Source: Camelus ferus
Lineage: Eukaryota
NCBI RefSeq assembly: GCF_009834535.1
Contig: NC_045704.1
Coordinates: forward strand, 43,710,001-43,774,000
Length of the DNA stretch: 64,000 nt
Direction of reading: 5' to 3'
Each line of letters begins with the position of its first letter. Position 1 is the first letter of the stretch. This document shows positions 37,563-53,350 of this stretch, piece by piece. Under the pieces are notes generated by a model. It was not told the DNA's origin, searched no databases, and saw nothing but the letters and a program-made list of their open reading frames with translations. Both the position numbers and the translations under genes were made by a program.

Positions 37563-38055
37563 ACTGTTGCTTAATATTTGGAGTTTCACAATGAGTGTGA
37601 GCTGGGCGCGGGCAGGATTCGTGTACCACAGTATTTGCAGCACCCAAGATGATGCCTAGAATACAGCAGTTCCTTAATGAATGAAGGTTCGATGAGTGAA
37701 GAGGTAAGGTCTGACTGGAAGCCCCTCTTCTGGGGTGTGAGCGGGTGAGGCCAACCTCTGCAGCAGGTCACCCATACACTTTGTCTCTATCAAAGTCTCC
37801 AGAGCAGAACCCCCAGTGACGCCCCAGCAGGCTTGTGAGTGCTTGTCCGACTCCTGCAAAAGATAGTCAACTCCACCCAGCGGCTCCAGCAGCTCCAGCA
37901 GCTCTGCTAAGTGCGGTGGTAATTGTGGTTTCAGAGTCCCGTGGATGAACAGAGGTCAGTCAGCAGTAGCAGCAGAAGGGACCCTATGGAGTCATCCAAG
38001 TTCTCCAAACCTTGGCTGGGCAACTGGCTCACCGCCCTTTTCTCTGGTACCCAAC

Positions 38056-40111
38056 CTAGGCCAGGCCTCCATCTGGATTCGTCAGGCCCAGCAAGTCTTC
38101 CGCCAGGCTGGTGAGCTCGTTCTCCTCGAGCGCCTCCACCAGGCGCTGCAGTGTGGCACGGCGCCCCTCGGCCTGCACGAAGCGCCGCAGCAGCTGGAAG
38201 GCCTGCTCGTATAGCCCTTCGCGCTCGTACTCATAAGCCAGTGAGTCAAGCGCTGGATCCCGCAGCGCGCGGCAGCCGCGCTGCAGGGAGCGCCCCACCT
38301 TGCGCCATTTGAGGCCCACTGAGCGCGCGAACGTCTGTTGGTCCTGCAGGCTCAGCGGCCGGTTCACTGCAGGGGGAGTGGGAAGCGAAGTGAGTTCGGG
38401 ATACCGTCCCATTCTACCCCCACCCTACGACTACCCCTTCCAGACCTCACCCCTCCCCAAACTCCATCCTCCCGACAACCCTGCCTCTGCCTCTCTCCGG
38501 GCGCCTCACCTACGGGCTGACCCTGGAACAGAAAAGTCTGGCCAGACGGCAGCGGCTTCTCCTCCGTTGGAGAGGGGGCCAGGGACTGCGAGGGGCCCGG
38601 AGCACCCTCCGTTTCGCCTCCCTGGCCCCCTGAGCCGCACGTCAGATTCCTGAGCGCATCCTCCAACTCAGTGAGTTCCTCGTCGGGGAGCCTGTCGGGC
38701 TAGGGAGGGGAGTGCGGCGTCGGTGGGGGTCTTAGCCGCCGATCCCTGCCCTACCCCAGCCCGGCCTCAGCCCGGCCGCACCTTCTGGGCGAAGATGCAG
38801 TTCAAACAGCGCTCCTCATCGGTCAACAAGGTGTCCAGACGCTCCGTGCCGGCGCGCAGCTCCAGTTGCAACGGCACCGTGTGCAGGGCAAGCGCCGCCG
38901 CCAAGCACCCCTGCAGCGCGGCGCGCAGCGCCCCCTCGCGGTAGGCGCGGAGGAAGCGGCCGCAGGGCTGGCGCCCACAGAAACGCAGCTGCACAATCAG
39001 CTGCGGATCGCTGCGGTGGATTTTGAGCAGCTGCAGCACGTCTGGGCTCCCGCCACTCTCTGCGGAGGCGGGCAGTCAGGTGCCAGCGGTACCCACGCGG
39101 GACCATTCTCCAACAGATTGAAGGAGGAATGAAGCCTGAGGTCAGACGCCCTCCCCATCCCCAGACCTGTGGGCGTGGTATACCCCAGAACTCCCAGCTG
39201 GGAAGCAAAATTGGGATACAGACAGCAGCAACCCAGGATAAAGGCCAGGACCTATCACAGGGATCACCCTAAGACGGCGTGGGTGCCACCCTAGGCCCCA
39301 TCCCTGAAGCCCCAAATGAGGGTGGGCAAAAGGGAAGTGGGGAGACTTTGCAGCATAGAGAGGGACGTGTGCCTTAAGGGGCCAAGACCTCTGGGTAGGT
39401 GGCTGTTAGGGCATGGGAGGGGCATGAGGTCTCAGGTCTTCTGCCTCCTAGTTTGGTTCCCCCAGCCCCGCCCCGGAAGGAGAGGGGCTCTCTCTGCTCT
39501 GAGGCTGGAGCCAGACCCACCCCACCAGCTTCAGCCTTCTGTGGCCTCTTCCTGAGATGGGAAAAGGGGACCTGAAAGGTAGGTACTGGGGAGAGGTCTT
39601 GGACAAGGAATGCTGCAGTGAGAAAGGAAAAGAGGAGAGAGATGTGAGATTAGTAGAAAGCAGTGAACGGGCTGATCTGGGGAGTAGGGGGCATGGAGCA
39701 GAGGGACATTAGTACATACATAGGTAGATGGTACACAGACACAGGGACACAAGTTTACATTCAAGGGCACACACGTGTAAACAGAGAAGACAGAGCCTAT
39801 GCAGCCAGCCTATGTCCTCCCTTTTGCAACAAATCTTTTCCCTAAAGCACTGGTTAAGTGCAGGCCCACAGAGTTGAAGTGGTGGGGTCTCAGTCCCTGG
39901 CCCCCCTCACAAAAGGCCCCAGGCCACCCCTTCCTCTTCAAGTGCTGCCCACCCACGCACCTGCCAGGGCAGTCCGCAGAGCTCTGTACACTGCCACTTT
40001 CTGCTGGGGGTGAGCGTAGGCATCTGACAAGACCACCTTGTCCAGTGAAGACTCCACAAACAGGTATGCGCTGCCCACCCATTCCTCGAGCCCATTTGGC
40101 CCAACTGCCAT
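38056..40111 (-). CDS. TRADD: TNFR1-associated death domain protein, 309 aa, 4 coding exons
   Basis: Exons (minus): 40111-39961, 39059-38782, 38699-38510, 38366-38056, total 930 nt, phases consistent. N-terminal TRAF2-binding domain ([22 protein letters not shown]...[16 protein letters not shown]) and C-terminal death domain ([54 protein letters not shown]). Confidence 0.97.
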
Positions 40112-40689
40112 CTTGCTTCCTGGGGACAAAGATTGGCATCCAGATCACCCCCAACCCAGCGCTGGAGGCAACTATCCAGTCCCACATGGCCCAGCTGTCC
40201 CCACCCAGCTGGCACACTTGTGAAGGGAAGTTCATCATCCCACAGGCAGTCCCTTGTGTTTCAGGTTCTGCATAGCCCAGATCAACCTAGCCCAACTCAG
40301 CCACGTTTTACGGTGAGGACTATCCCTCCCCTGCACTTTCAGGGAAATAGCCCAGGGTCACAGTGGTGGGAGAGGAGAGGGACAATCTTTCAGTGGAAGC
40401 AAACAAGTTCTGCCCCCTCCTCAGGCCACGGTGTCTCTCTTATCAAAGCTGCCTGGAAACATTCTCATCCTGATGGTGCCCATGCCCCATAGACAACCTG
40501 ACCCGTATTCTGGTATGCCCTCAGCTTAAATTTGAGCCCCCAGGATCCCTGTGGGACCACAGTCCCCCACTTAGGTTTTCTCACCTGTATTCCTACTATA
40601 CTAGAGTTTCTGCCTGCCCAGGTTCCCTCCCCCAATCCTGACTGACTTTTGGGGCCTTCTCGTTTTCTCAAGCATATGCCTGTTAGAAG

Positions 40690-41110
40690 GGTTAACTCCA
40701 CTCCCTAGCTCCAGGCCTAGGCAAGTGCAACAGGTCTGGCCAATCTGCATATTCCATTCACCTTCCTGAAATGATTTGTTCAGAGTTGGGTGTAGGATTC
40801 AAGTTGGACCAATCAGAATCAACCTGCAACTTTGGTTGGACCAATAGGAAAGATGAACAAGTTTTCCTTCCCTATCTTGAACCTGAACTAGAAGGTAGGG
40901 TAGGTCTCCTTTGCTACTGCTTGGGAAGAGCCTGATTGAGAATGAAACTGGCACAGAAGGCTACAGAGCCAAGAAATGAAGAGGTGTACTCCTAACCTCA
41001 CTCTCCCCCTGGCTCTAGCTGCACCCTGGACTTTTCAGTTATGTGAGCTAAATTATTTCTTTTTGTTCTAAAATCCTTGGAGCTGGGCTTTTGTCTTACA
41101 CAACTCAGGT
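40690..41110. mobile_element. MaLR (MLT1-family) LTR in TRADD intron 1
   Basis: GGCCAATC...TTGGACCAATCAGAATC...CTGGACTTTTCAGTTATGTGAGCTAAATTATTTC...GAGCTGGGCTTTTGTCTTACACAAC. Confidence 0.65.
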
Positions 41111-42399
41111 TGTTCTGTTAGACTCCTTGCCTATATAGACAGAGTCAGGGCTTCTTGGTGCTAGTATCTCTTCCATCTATCTTTGACAAAATCCTAGCTC
41201 TTAGACCAAGGGCAAAATTCTCTGTCAGAGAACCACTGGACTGGCCCTCAGCTCAGTGGCCTCCCAGTTACTGGACCATGAGGCAGCGGGGAAGGGGGGA
41301 GATGCCCTGCCTCTTCCTTCTGACCTCACCCGAGGCAACATCCCATCCTTTTCCTAGAAAAATGGGTTCAAGACCCCACCTCTTGCCCATCAGTCACACT
41401 TCTTTACTCTCTGGTTTTTGGCATTTACATATGGTGGGATAGGAGGGGTGCTGAGTCTCAGCTGTGATGGTTGCTCTGGGAAGGAAAAGTGAGGTGGCCC
41501 TAGGTGGCATCCATTTACATGAGGGACAGTGAAGTTCAGGGGAGGGATGCCAGGAGGAGCTAGGACCACAGCCTTGGATATTGTTTGGGAGGGAGTAGGG
41601 ACCCTGAGCTCAAAGCAGTGGCTGTGTTTCAGATCTGCCCCCAGAACCTAACCTGAGGGCCAAAACTGGGACAATAACAGGCAGGGGGCCCTCCAGCATC
41701 ATCCAGTCCTGGCAAGAAAAATGATACCTGATAACCCTACCTTGGGTCTGAGCACAGGGGACATACCTTTTGAGCAACCCACCCCATAAACTTTTGGAAG
41801 AAAATATACTAATACTTGTGTGTTTACCCAAAACAATAGTTTGGAAATTAACAGGAAATTAGCATTGTTTACCTCTGTTGGGAGAGGGTGAGATTTGGGG
41901 TGATTTTTATTTTCATTGAATTTAGCAATATTCTACTTTATGTAAAATAGACACATTTCTTTTGTATGAAAAGTGCAAAATAAATGTATTTTTCTTAAAA
42001 AGCAACCCATCCCCCCAAAAAAACCCGAGGTAGATGACAAGTAGGATGAAAAGCAGTTAAGTCCTGGGGTAGTGGCCCAAGGTGAGAGGAGTGGGAACCT
42101 GCCTTCAGATATCCTCTATCATATCTTCTTAGCCCCCTAACTTGAGGGTGCTGACTGGGTGGATGTGGTCCCGCCCCAAGGGATGGGTAAGTAGGGGCAG
42201 TACCCAGCCAGAGTCTGTCAATAGGTCCTGCCTAGGGGACACTGAAAACCTGGGGGAGGGGGATGCTCTGTCACACTCACTAGTACTGAACAATTAAGAG
42301 AAGTCAATTAGGTCTGCCGGGCTGGAGGTTGAAGGCCAGAAAACAGGGTTGAAAAGCGGCCAAGGCCCTTGGCTCCCATCACCCCTTTGGGAACTCCTT

Positions 42400-43600
42400 T
42401 CTGCGTGTCCTTCACAAAAGCCCCTCCTCGGGAAGTCCCGCGCCACACCCACCAGGAGTCCGCCTCTCTGAGGGCGGGTTTGGGCTAGTTCCTGGGAACT
42501 CTTAATTGGACTGAGACTGTGAGGGACACGTGGGTACCGACTCAAGAAAATATGCCCCTACCACCAGGAGCCAGCCAGCTCAGCGCTCCATTAACACAGC
42601 TTAATAGTCCCCGAGTAGCCTCACCTCCGGCCGGGTTGACAGTGACGGCCTGCGGGCGTGACCCCTCAAGGACAGAAAGGCTGCGAGTCCCTGCATCCTG
42701 CTCAGCAGGCCGCTCCCAAACTCTCAAGGGGCGCTCCCCAGCCTCTTACTAGCCCACCTTCATGCAGGAGTTTCGCACTTGGGACTGGCTGGGGCGGGCA
42801 AGAGATTTCGGCCCACAGATCTGTTCAGAACCAGCCCCTCCCCTCCCTCTCACCCACAGGACACTGCCGCCCCTTGAAAGCCCCTAGCTGGGACAAGGAA
42901 GCTGCGGGGGCCAAGGTCCGGACCTCCCTCCCGTTTCTCACGGAAACTGCCCAATAGGCCGCAGCTGCCACCTGGCCCGAGCAGCCGCGGGTGATAACCG
43001 CGCCGCGCCCATGCTCCTGAGCCAGGATCCGCCCCTGCTTCTGCCGGCACCGAGAAGCCCACCCACCCTATGCACTAACCTGGCCGCCCCGGCCCGGCCC
43101 GGATTCCCACGGCCGCCCGGCTGTACTGGACTCGCGCTGCTTCCGGGTGTGCGCGAAGCGCAGGGGCGGTGCCCCAGTCCGAGACGCCCCGTCCGTCCCA
43201 GCGTCCCGCCCCCACGGGCTCCCTGCGGTTCCTTCCCGCCACTGTCCGCTGCTGCCAGTCCCCAGCCTGTGAGCAAAGCCCACCTGGTCCACTGAGCAGG
43301 TAAGACACCAGCGCCCGAGGTTAGACGGCAGGAAGAACTGCCTGCGTCAAGTGATTTTGAAGACTTGGGGCTCTTAGGAGACCGGAGGGCCCTATGGTGG
43401 GAGTGCTCCTCTTTCTAAAGCGGAGAACGGAGTACGGACGGATCAACAAGGGGGCGCCCCGTGGGGACCAGATTTTTCTGATGCCTTCTGGGTGGTCGAG
43501 CTCGAAGATCTCTGATCTGTACTAGTCCCTGACGCTCTGAACGGGATGCGGATGGGTCCCAGGCTCAAGCCTGGCTGAGCGTGTCAGAAGCCATAGAAGA
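42400..43600. promoter_or_regulatory. Bidirectional CpG-island promoter shared by TRADD and FBXL8
   Basis: CpG island between head-to-head first exons. ETS-type CCGGAAG (minus strand, about 43139-43145), GC boxes at 43163-43169 and 43205-43212. FBXL8 exon 1 donor CAG|GTAAG at 43300. Confidence 0.8.
43080..43155 (-). other. TRADD: TRADD non-coding exon 1
   Basis: Minus-strand GCGCACACCCGGAAG...GGGGCGGCCAG|GTTAGT donor at 43079-43078, pairing with the acceptor TTTGTCCCCAG at 40120-40121. It resembles the recalled human TRADD 5'UTR. Confidence 0.7.
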
Positions 43601-44107
43601 CACTAGGCACAAATTCCAGCAGGGGTTGTTAGCCTAGAATATCTGGGGAAATAGAAAACTGGCAAGTGGTGTAAGACGATGTGCAGGAAAACCTTCAAAC
43701 GCCTTCAAATAAAATTGGCAACTTCAAAGAGGACGCACACTTTCTAACAAAGGCCACAGTCTGAGGTGGGTGTGCGCAATTCCAGTTGAGCCTAAACCGC
43801 CCCACGGGAGCCTGGGCTACTCGGGGGTCAGGATCAGAACTTGTACCCAGGGTCCCTCAGGCCCCAGAACTTCAAGCTTTTCTCTGCCCCGCCGGCCTTT
43901 CATAGGAAGCACCCAGGACATCTCCCCGGCGAAGTGGAGGAAGGGAAGGAACTTCCCCTCTCGGAGCGGTTTCAGCAGTGCACCACCCGCACCCCTGCTT
44001 CCTGATTGGCTTGTGGTCCCGACCAATTAAATGTTTTCCCTAATACTCCCGCCCTATTAACTCTTATCTTCACTCTCAATAGTGACTGGCTGGGCTAGGA
44101 CGGGGTT

Positions 44108-44272
44108 TCTCAACTTGGGACCTGTGGAATCCACCCCTACTTGTTGAAATTCAGATTCCTGAGCCCTACTTTTTTTTTTTTCAGAGAGCCTGATTTAGTC
44201 GGTGGGGCCGTGGAATCTGTATTGTGAGCAAGTGTCCGGGTGATTCTGATGCCCCGCGCCCTTTGAGAAGCC
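44108..44272. mobile_element. MER5-family hAT-Charlie MITE
   Basis: Terminal GGTTTCTCAAC...TTTGAGAAGCC, internal AAATTCAGATTCCTGAGCCC and GGAATCTGTATT...GGTGATTCTGATG. Confidence 0.7.
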
Positions 44273-44675
44273 GTCATTTCAATGGCTCTTGCAATGTTTG
44301 GGCTCAGTCCTTCCCTAGTACTCAGGGTCGAAGTTCGGAGGGAAACAGTTCAGTGAGCCCTGTGAGACTAGTCTAGGCCGTCATGTGGCTCTGAGCCTAC
44401 ATAGAAGGAGGCAAGAGGAGATGAGACGGGCCCTCTGAGCTGGGGGGAGGACGTCGTTGTCTAGAGTCAGGGCCTTGTGCAGCTGCACTCCAGTTTCCTC
44501 AGGGAAGGTTTGGTAACTGGGGAAAAGATCCAACAGCATCGTCCAAAATCCAGGTATTCACCTTTATCAACTTCGCACACAGGTCGTGGTGAGTTCCTTT
44601 TAATATAGCATAAAATGTGAATTTGTTCAACAAATGAGAGTGTAGTTTAAAGGAGAATCAGAAATCCTCAGCATC

Positions 44676-44851
44676 CAGGACTGACTTCGTGGGTCTGAGA
44701 CCAGTGCAGCTGCACAGGACCCCACACTTGGCTTAATAGCTTGGTTAAATGCTCTGCTATCACTGTCTTGGAATCCTTAATAATGTTTTGAACAAAGAGA
44801 CCTGCATTTTCATTTTGCCCTAGGCTCTGCAAATTATTTAGCAGCTCCTTG
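44676..44851. mobile_element. MER91-like hAT MITE just upstream of FBXL8 exon 2
   Basis: AAATGCTCTGCTATCACTGTCTTGGAATCCTTAATAATGTTTTGAACAAAG...CATTTTCATTTTGCCCTAGGCTCTGCAAATTATTTAGC. Confidence 0.6.
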
Positions 44852-44968
44852 GCCACAAGCATTTCTACACAGCCTCCAGTTATTTCGCTCAATTTTGGCC
44901 TTCCTGAGCCCAGGGACGTCCCTCTCTCTCCAGGTGGGAGCAGTGGAGCCCCCAGCCCCTGCCAGGCC

Positions 44969-46691
44969 ATGGTGGAGCCTGGAGAACAGCTGCCAGAGGA
45001 GGTGCTGGCGCTTATCTTCCGCCATCTGCCCCTGCGGGGCCGCGCCAATGCCGCGAGGGTCTGCAAAGCCTGGGCTGCCGCTGCCACCTGCAGCGCTGTG
45101 TGGCACGACACAAACATCAGGTGAACCAGCTTTTCACCCTCTTATCTTCTCCCTCAGTGGAGTCGGATTGGGTAGATGCAGTGACTCTCCCCATATTAAA
45201 AAGCATAATCACTTCTAACACTTATTGTTCACCTACTATGTATCAACCATTGTTCTAAGTACCTTACATATATTAATTTATTTAGTCTTCATGAAAACCT
45301 TATAGATAGACGGTATTATTATCTCCATTGCACAGATAGGAAAATGAGGCGGAAGATCTAATCACTTCCTCACTCAGCTGAGAAGTGGCACAGCCAGATT
45401 GTGAACCTACCATCCAGAGGCCACGCGCCTTCTCCTTAAAGACTGTGAGGAAAACCCAGTTCCTAAAATATCATTGGCTCTCCCTGGCACGGTTTCAACT
45501 AGTGGCAGATGCAGCTGAAGTCTTCTAAAGAAATAGGATGGGAGTTCCCTCCTAGTATCAACTTGGAGCGACCAGGCATGGTCAGGACAGGAATGTATGT
45601 GGGCAGGGCGCAGGAAGTGAGGATGGTAGCTGGAACCCAGGCTGAGGCGTGGGTAGAGGCTTCTCTCCAGGTCGTCGGGACTCGGCTGATGCCTTTTCTC
45701 TACCACTTTATCCCCAAGTTGCGAATGTGAGCTAGAAGGCATGCTGCCACCGCATCTGTTCGCCTGCCTGGACCACATTCACAATCTACGGCTGGAATTT
45801 GAGCCGTCGAGGGAGCCGAGCCGCCGGGCGGCCACAGAGTTGCTGACCGCACTGGCGGGCCGTACCCCTGGGCTGAGAGGCCTGTGCCTGGAGTGCCGAG
45901 GAGAAAAGCCTCTCTTCGACTCCGGTCGCGACGTCCTGGACTCCTTGCACGCCCTCTGTGGGGCCGCCGGCGCACTGCGCCACCTTGACCTGCGGGGATT
46001 GCCCTTCACACTGGACGATGCGCTGGTGCTGCAGGTGGCACTCGGCTGCCCCGAGCTCCGCAGTCTTTTCCTGGATAACGGTACGCTGGTGGGCAGCGTG
46101 GGGCCCGGCTCGGTGCTGGAGCTACTAGAGGCATGCCCGCGCCTGCGCGCCCTCGGCCTGCACCTGGCCAGCCTGTCGCGTACCGCGCTCGAGGCACTGG
46201 CGGCGCCAGACCGCTCGCCTTTTGAGTTCCTGGCCCTGCGGTGCGCGTGCCCCGAAGATGCACGCGCGCCCCCCCTGCCTAATGATGCCTGGGCGGCCCT
46301 GAGCCGCCGCCACCCTGGACTGGCCGTAGAGCTGGAGCTGGAGCCCGCGCTGCCTGGGGAAAGCGTGACGCGCGTCCTGCAGCCTGCCGTGCCAGTGGCT
46401 GCGCTGCGCCTCAGCCTCTCTGGGGACACCGTAGGCCCCGTGCGCTTCGCAGCGCACCACTACGCCGCAACTTTGCGCGCGCTCGAGGTGCGCGCCACGT
46501 CCTCGGCAGAGCTGGACACCGCGCTGGAGGAGCTGGCGGCGCGCTGCGCGGAGCTGCGCGAAGTGCACTGCTTTTGCGTAGTTAGAGCCTCAGTGCTGCA
46601 CTCCTTCCGCGCGCACTGCCCACACCTGCGCAGCTACACGCTGAAACTAACGCGGGAGCCACATCCCTGGCGGCCCACGCTTGTGGCGTAA
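44969..46691 (+). CDS. FBXL8: F-box/LRR-repeat protein 8, 374 aa, 2 coding exons
   Basis: Exons 44969-45120 and 45719-46691, total 1125 nt. F-box LPEEVLALIFRHL...RVCKAW, LRR region (LRHLDLRGLPFTLDDALVLQVALGCPELRSLFLDN) and C-terminus TREPHPWRPTLVA. Non-coding exon 1 ends at 43299 and exon 2 starts at 44934. Confidence 0.96.
45200..45410 (-). mobile_element. MIR SINE in FBXL8 intron 2
   Basis: CACTTATTGTTCACCTACTATG...ATTATTATCTCCATTGCACAGATAGGAAAATGAGGC. Confidence 0.7.
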
Positions 46692-47021
46692 TGGGACAAA
46701 TCCTCTTTCACCTCCTTGCGGACATGTGGCCTCTGAGATGTTCCGTGGGTTTACCCAGGGGCGCGCCAGCTGCTAGCCCGCTTCTTTAGAACTCTGTTGC
46801 CTTTTGTGCCTCTTGAGGATTGGGGCCTACGGGATGGCGTCGGGACTAGCTCCGAGCGCCCTGAGTCCACTCGCTCTCAATATCTGCAGACACCTACTGT
46901 CCCCACCCTTCCAGGATCACCCTCCTCCAACCCCACTCTGCAAAGTTTGCGCTAGCTCGGCGGCCCCAGCATAGGGGAAGGGAGGGCACTGGCGCAAGCT
47001 GTGCCTTAAGGGTGAGTGTGA

Positions 47022-47031
47022 AATAAATAAA
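47022..47031 (+). terminator. FBXL8: Poly(A) signals of FBXL8
   Basis: Overlapping AATAAA hexamers at 47022-47027 and 47026-47031, about 330 nt after the stop. Confidence 0.7.
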
Positions 47032-47643
47032 TCAAGCAGAATCTCAAGCGTCCTGTGAAAGGCGGTGTCGGATCTCAAGGGGGAGGGCGGAAAACCGTCA
47101 TTGGCCAGGGGAGGGGTCGGGACAGAAGTGGGAGAGTCTCAGACCTCAATGTCTGTTTCTACTGGTGCGGCTGTGGGGGTCAGAGGCGGGGCACTCCCAT
47201 CTTTGGAATGACAACAACCCAGGGCTCGGCGGGAGGATGCCAGTTTCTCCTTTCCCCGCCCCCAACCCCACTCCTATCTGCCCCCCATTCAAGGCTTCAC
47301 TGCCCTCACGCCATCGCTTTAAAGGATTTTCCCAGCCCACACAGGCTGCGCCCGGGCAATTTCTCCCGAAGAACAAAGAGGAAACAGCGGGTCTGAGAAG
47401 CGTGGAACTCGAACCCATGCCTCCCTCCCCACCGCACCCCTCCACGTGCATCCGCTCCCATACTGCCCTTTCGGTCGGCTGATGCCGCGGCCGCAGTCTG
47501 AGCCCCGCCCCGCGGGTTCGCACGTGGCCCCCACCTGACCGGGCGCCCAGAGGCGGAGTAGGGCGGGGCGGGCGGCAAACGCAGCACTTTCCGCGGCTTT
47601 GACAAGCCCGCGGCGGCAGGGCTCCAGCGCTTAATGCAGCTGA

Positions 47644-52192
<4,549 letters not shown>

Positions 52193-52328
52193 AACCCCCA
52201 CCACCTGGAAGACAGCCTGGCTGAGGGGTTGGTCGGCAGCAGCACGTTGTGCTCCGCTTTCTTGAGCCCCAGGTGGAGGCTGAGTGAAGCCCTCCTACTC
52301 GGAGGCCCCTTTCTAATATGGAGACCTG

Positions 52329-52334
52329 CATAAA
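52329..52334 (+). terminator. HSF4: Candidate variant poly(A) signal (CATAAA) of HSF4
   Basis: No AATAAA after the stop. CATAAA is followed by a T/GT-rich tract (TTTTTTCCTGTGTTTCTGGTCTCTTTT). Confidence 0.5.
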
Positions 52335-52599
52335 ATTGCGTTTTTTCCTGTGTTTCTGGTCTCTTTTCTCTACCGGCCAGAGAGCACAGAAGTCATGGTG
52401 GGGGGCGATTTTGCATTCAAAGAAGCGTCCACCTGCAGCAAGGCTTAAGGAAACACCCAGAAAGCCAAACACAAAAACAAAACCCAAAAACCAAAAGGCA
52501 AAGAAGCATCCAGATCCTAGAACTTTAATCTTTAATCAAGGAACCCCTGGAGAGTGGAGGTGCTTGAGGAGCCTGCCCCTAGTTTTCCTGCTTAGGCCC

Positions 52600-53350
52600 C
52601 TGTCCTCCGGGTCTGGATGCAGGGCTGGCGCGCGGTCACTGAGATCGCCGGGAAGCGGGGGCTTTTAGGGTCACACCCAGCTCCGCAGTGCATCCGCTCT
52701 GTGATCCTGCGTAAGCTGGTCTCGTTCTCTGAGCCTTATCTGTGACAAGCAGAGAGGGGTCGACGAGAGAGTAGGTGTAAAACGCCTGGGAATTGCTGGG
52801 GTATTTGGGGACGCCAGCTGAACTGTCTTCTCCCTGACTCACCCAGCGCGCACGGGGTTGAGAGGGAAAGCCCACTACGTGTACGTGCCCAGGCGGTACG
52901 CGGCCTCTGCGGCCTGCCTCCCCGCGTCCGAAGAACGCCCCCCTTTCCCCACCCCTTCCCGGTTCCCGGCAGTACTGGCCGCCCCGCCCCACCGCAGCTG
53001 CTCCTCCCATCCCCACCCTGCCCGGCCCTTTCTGCCTCGTCATCTCCTGGCCCCTCCTGCCCCCCCGAGGCTCGAGGATCGACCCGTGAGTGGGGCGGCC
53101 GGGAGGACACGGACTGGGAGCCCCACCCCTGAGGCTGGGGGAGGGAAGAGAAACTGACATTAGGCAAAATCCGCGCCCCACCACCACCAGCCGCGCCCGA
53201 AGGAAGTCTGTGAGACCCTCCCCTCCGCAGGACTCTAGCACTGGGTCTGGGTGGAGGGGATGTAAGGGGTCGCACGAGCTCTAAGGCTCCGGCACTTTCC
53301 CACAACCTTCGCTCCTTAGCAAAAGAACGCGCGCAGCGAGGTAGGAAGGG
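52600..53350 (+). promoter_or_regulatory. NOL3: CpG island, probable distal promoter / upstream non-coding exon of NOL3
   Basis: CpG-rich block just after the HSF4 3' end, with tandem TACGTG at 52876-52887, GC boxes, and candidate donors CCC|GTGAGT (53086) and GAG|GTAGGA (53341). Confidence 0.55.

Noticed and set aside
45779-46568. Antisense ORFs of 216 aa and 147 aa over FBXL8 exon 3
   Set aside because: Expected stop-poor shadows of a high-GC CDS.
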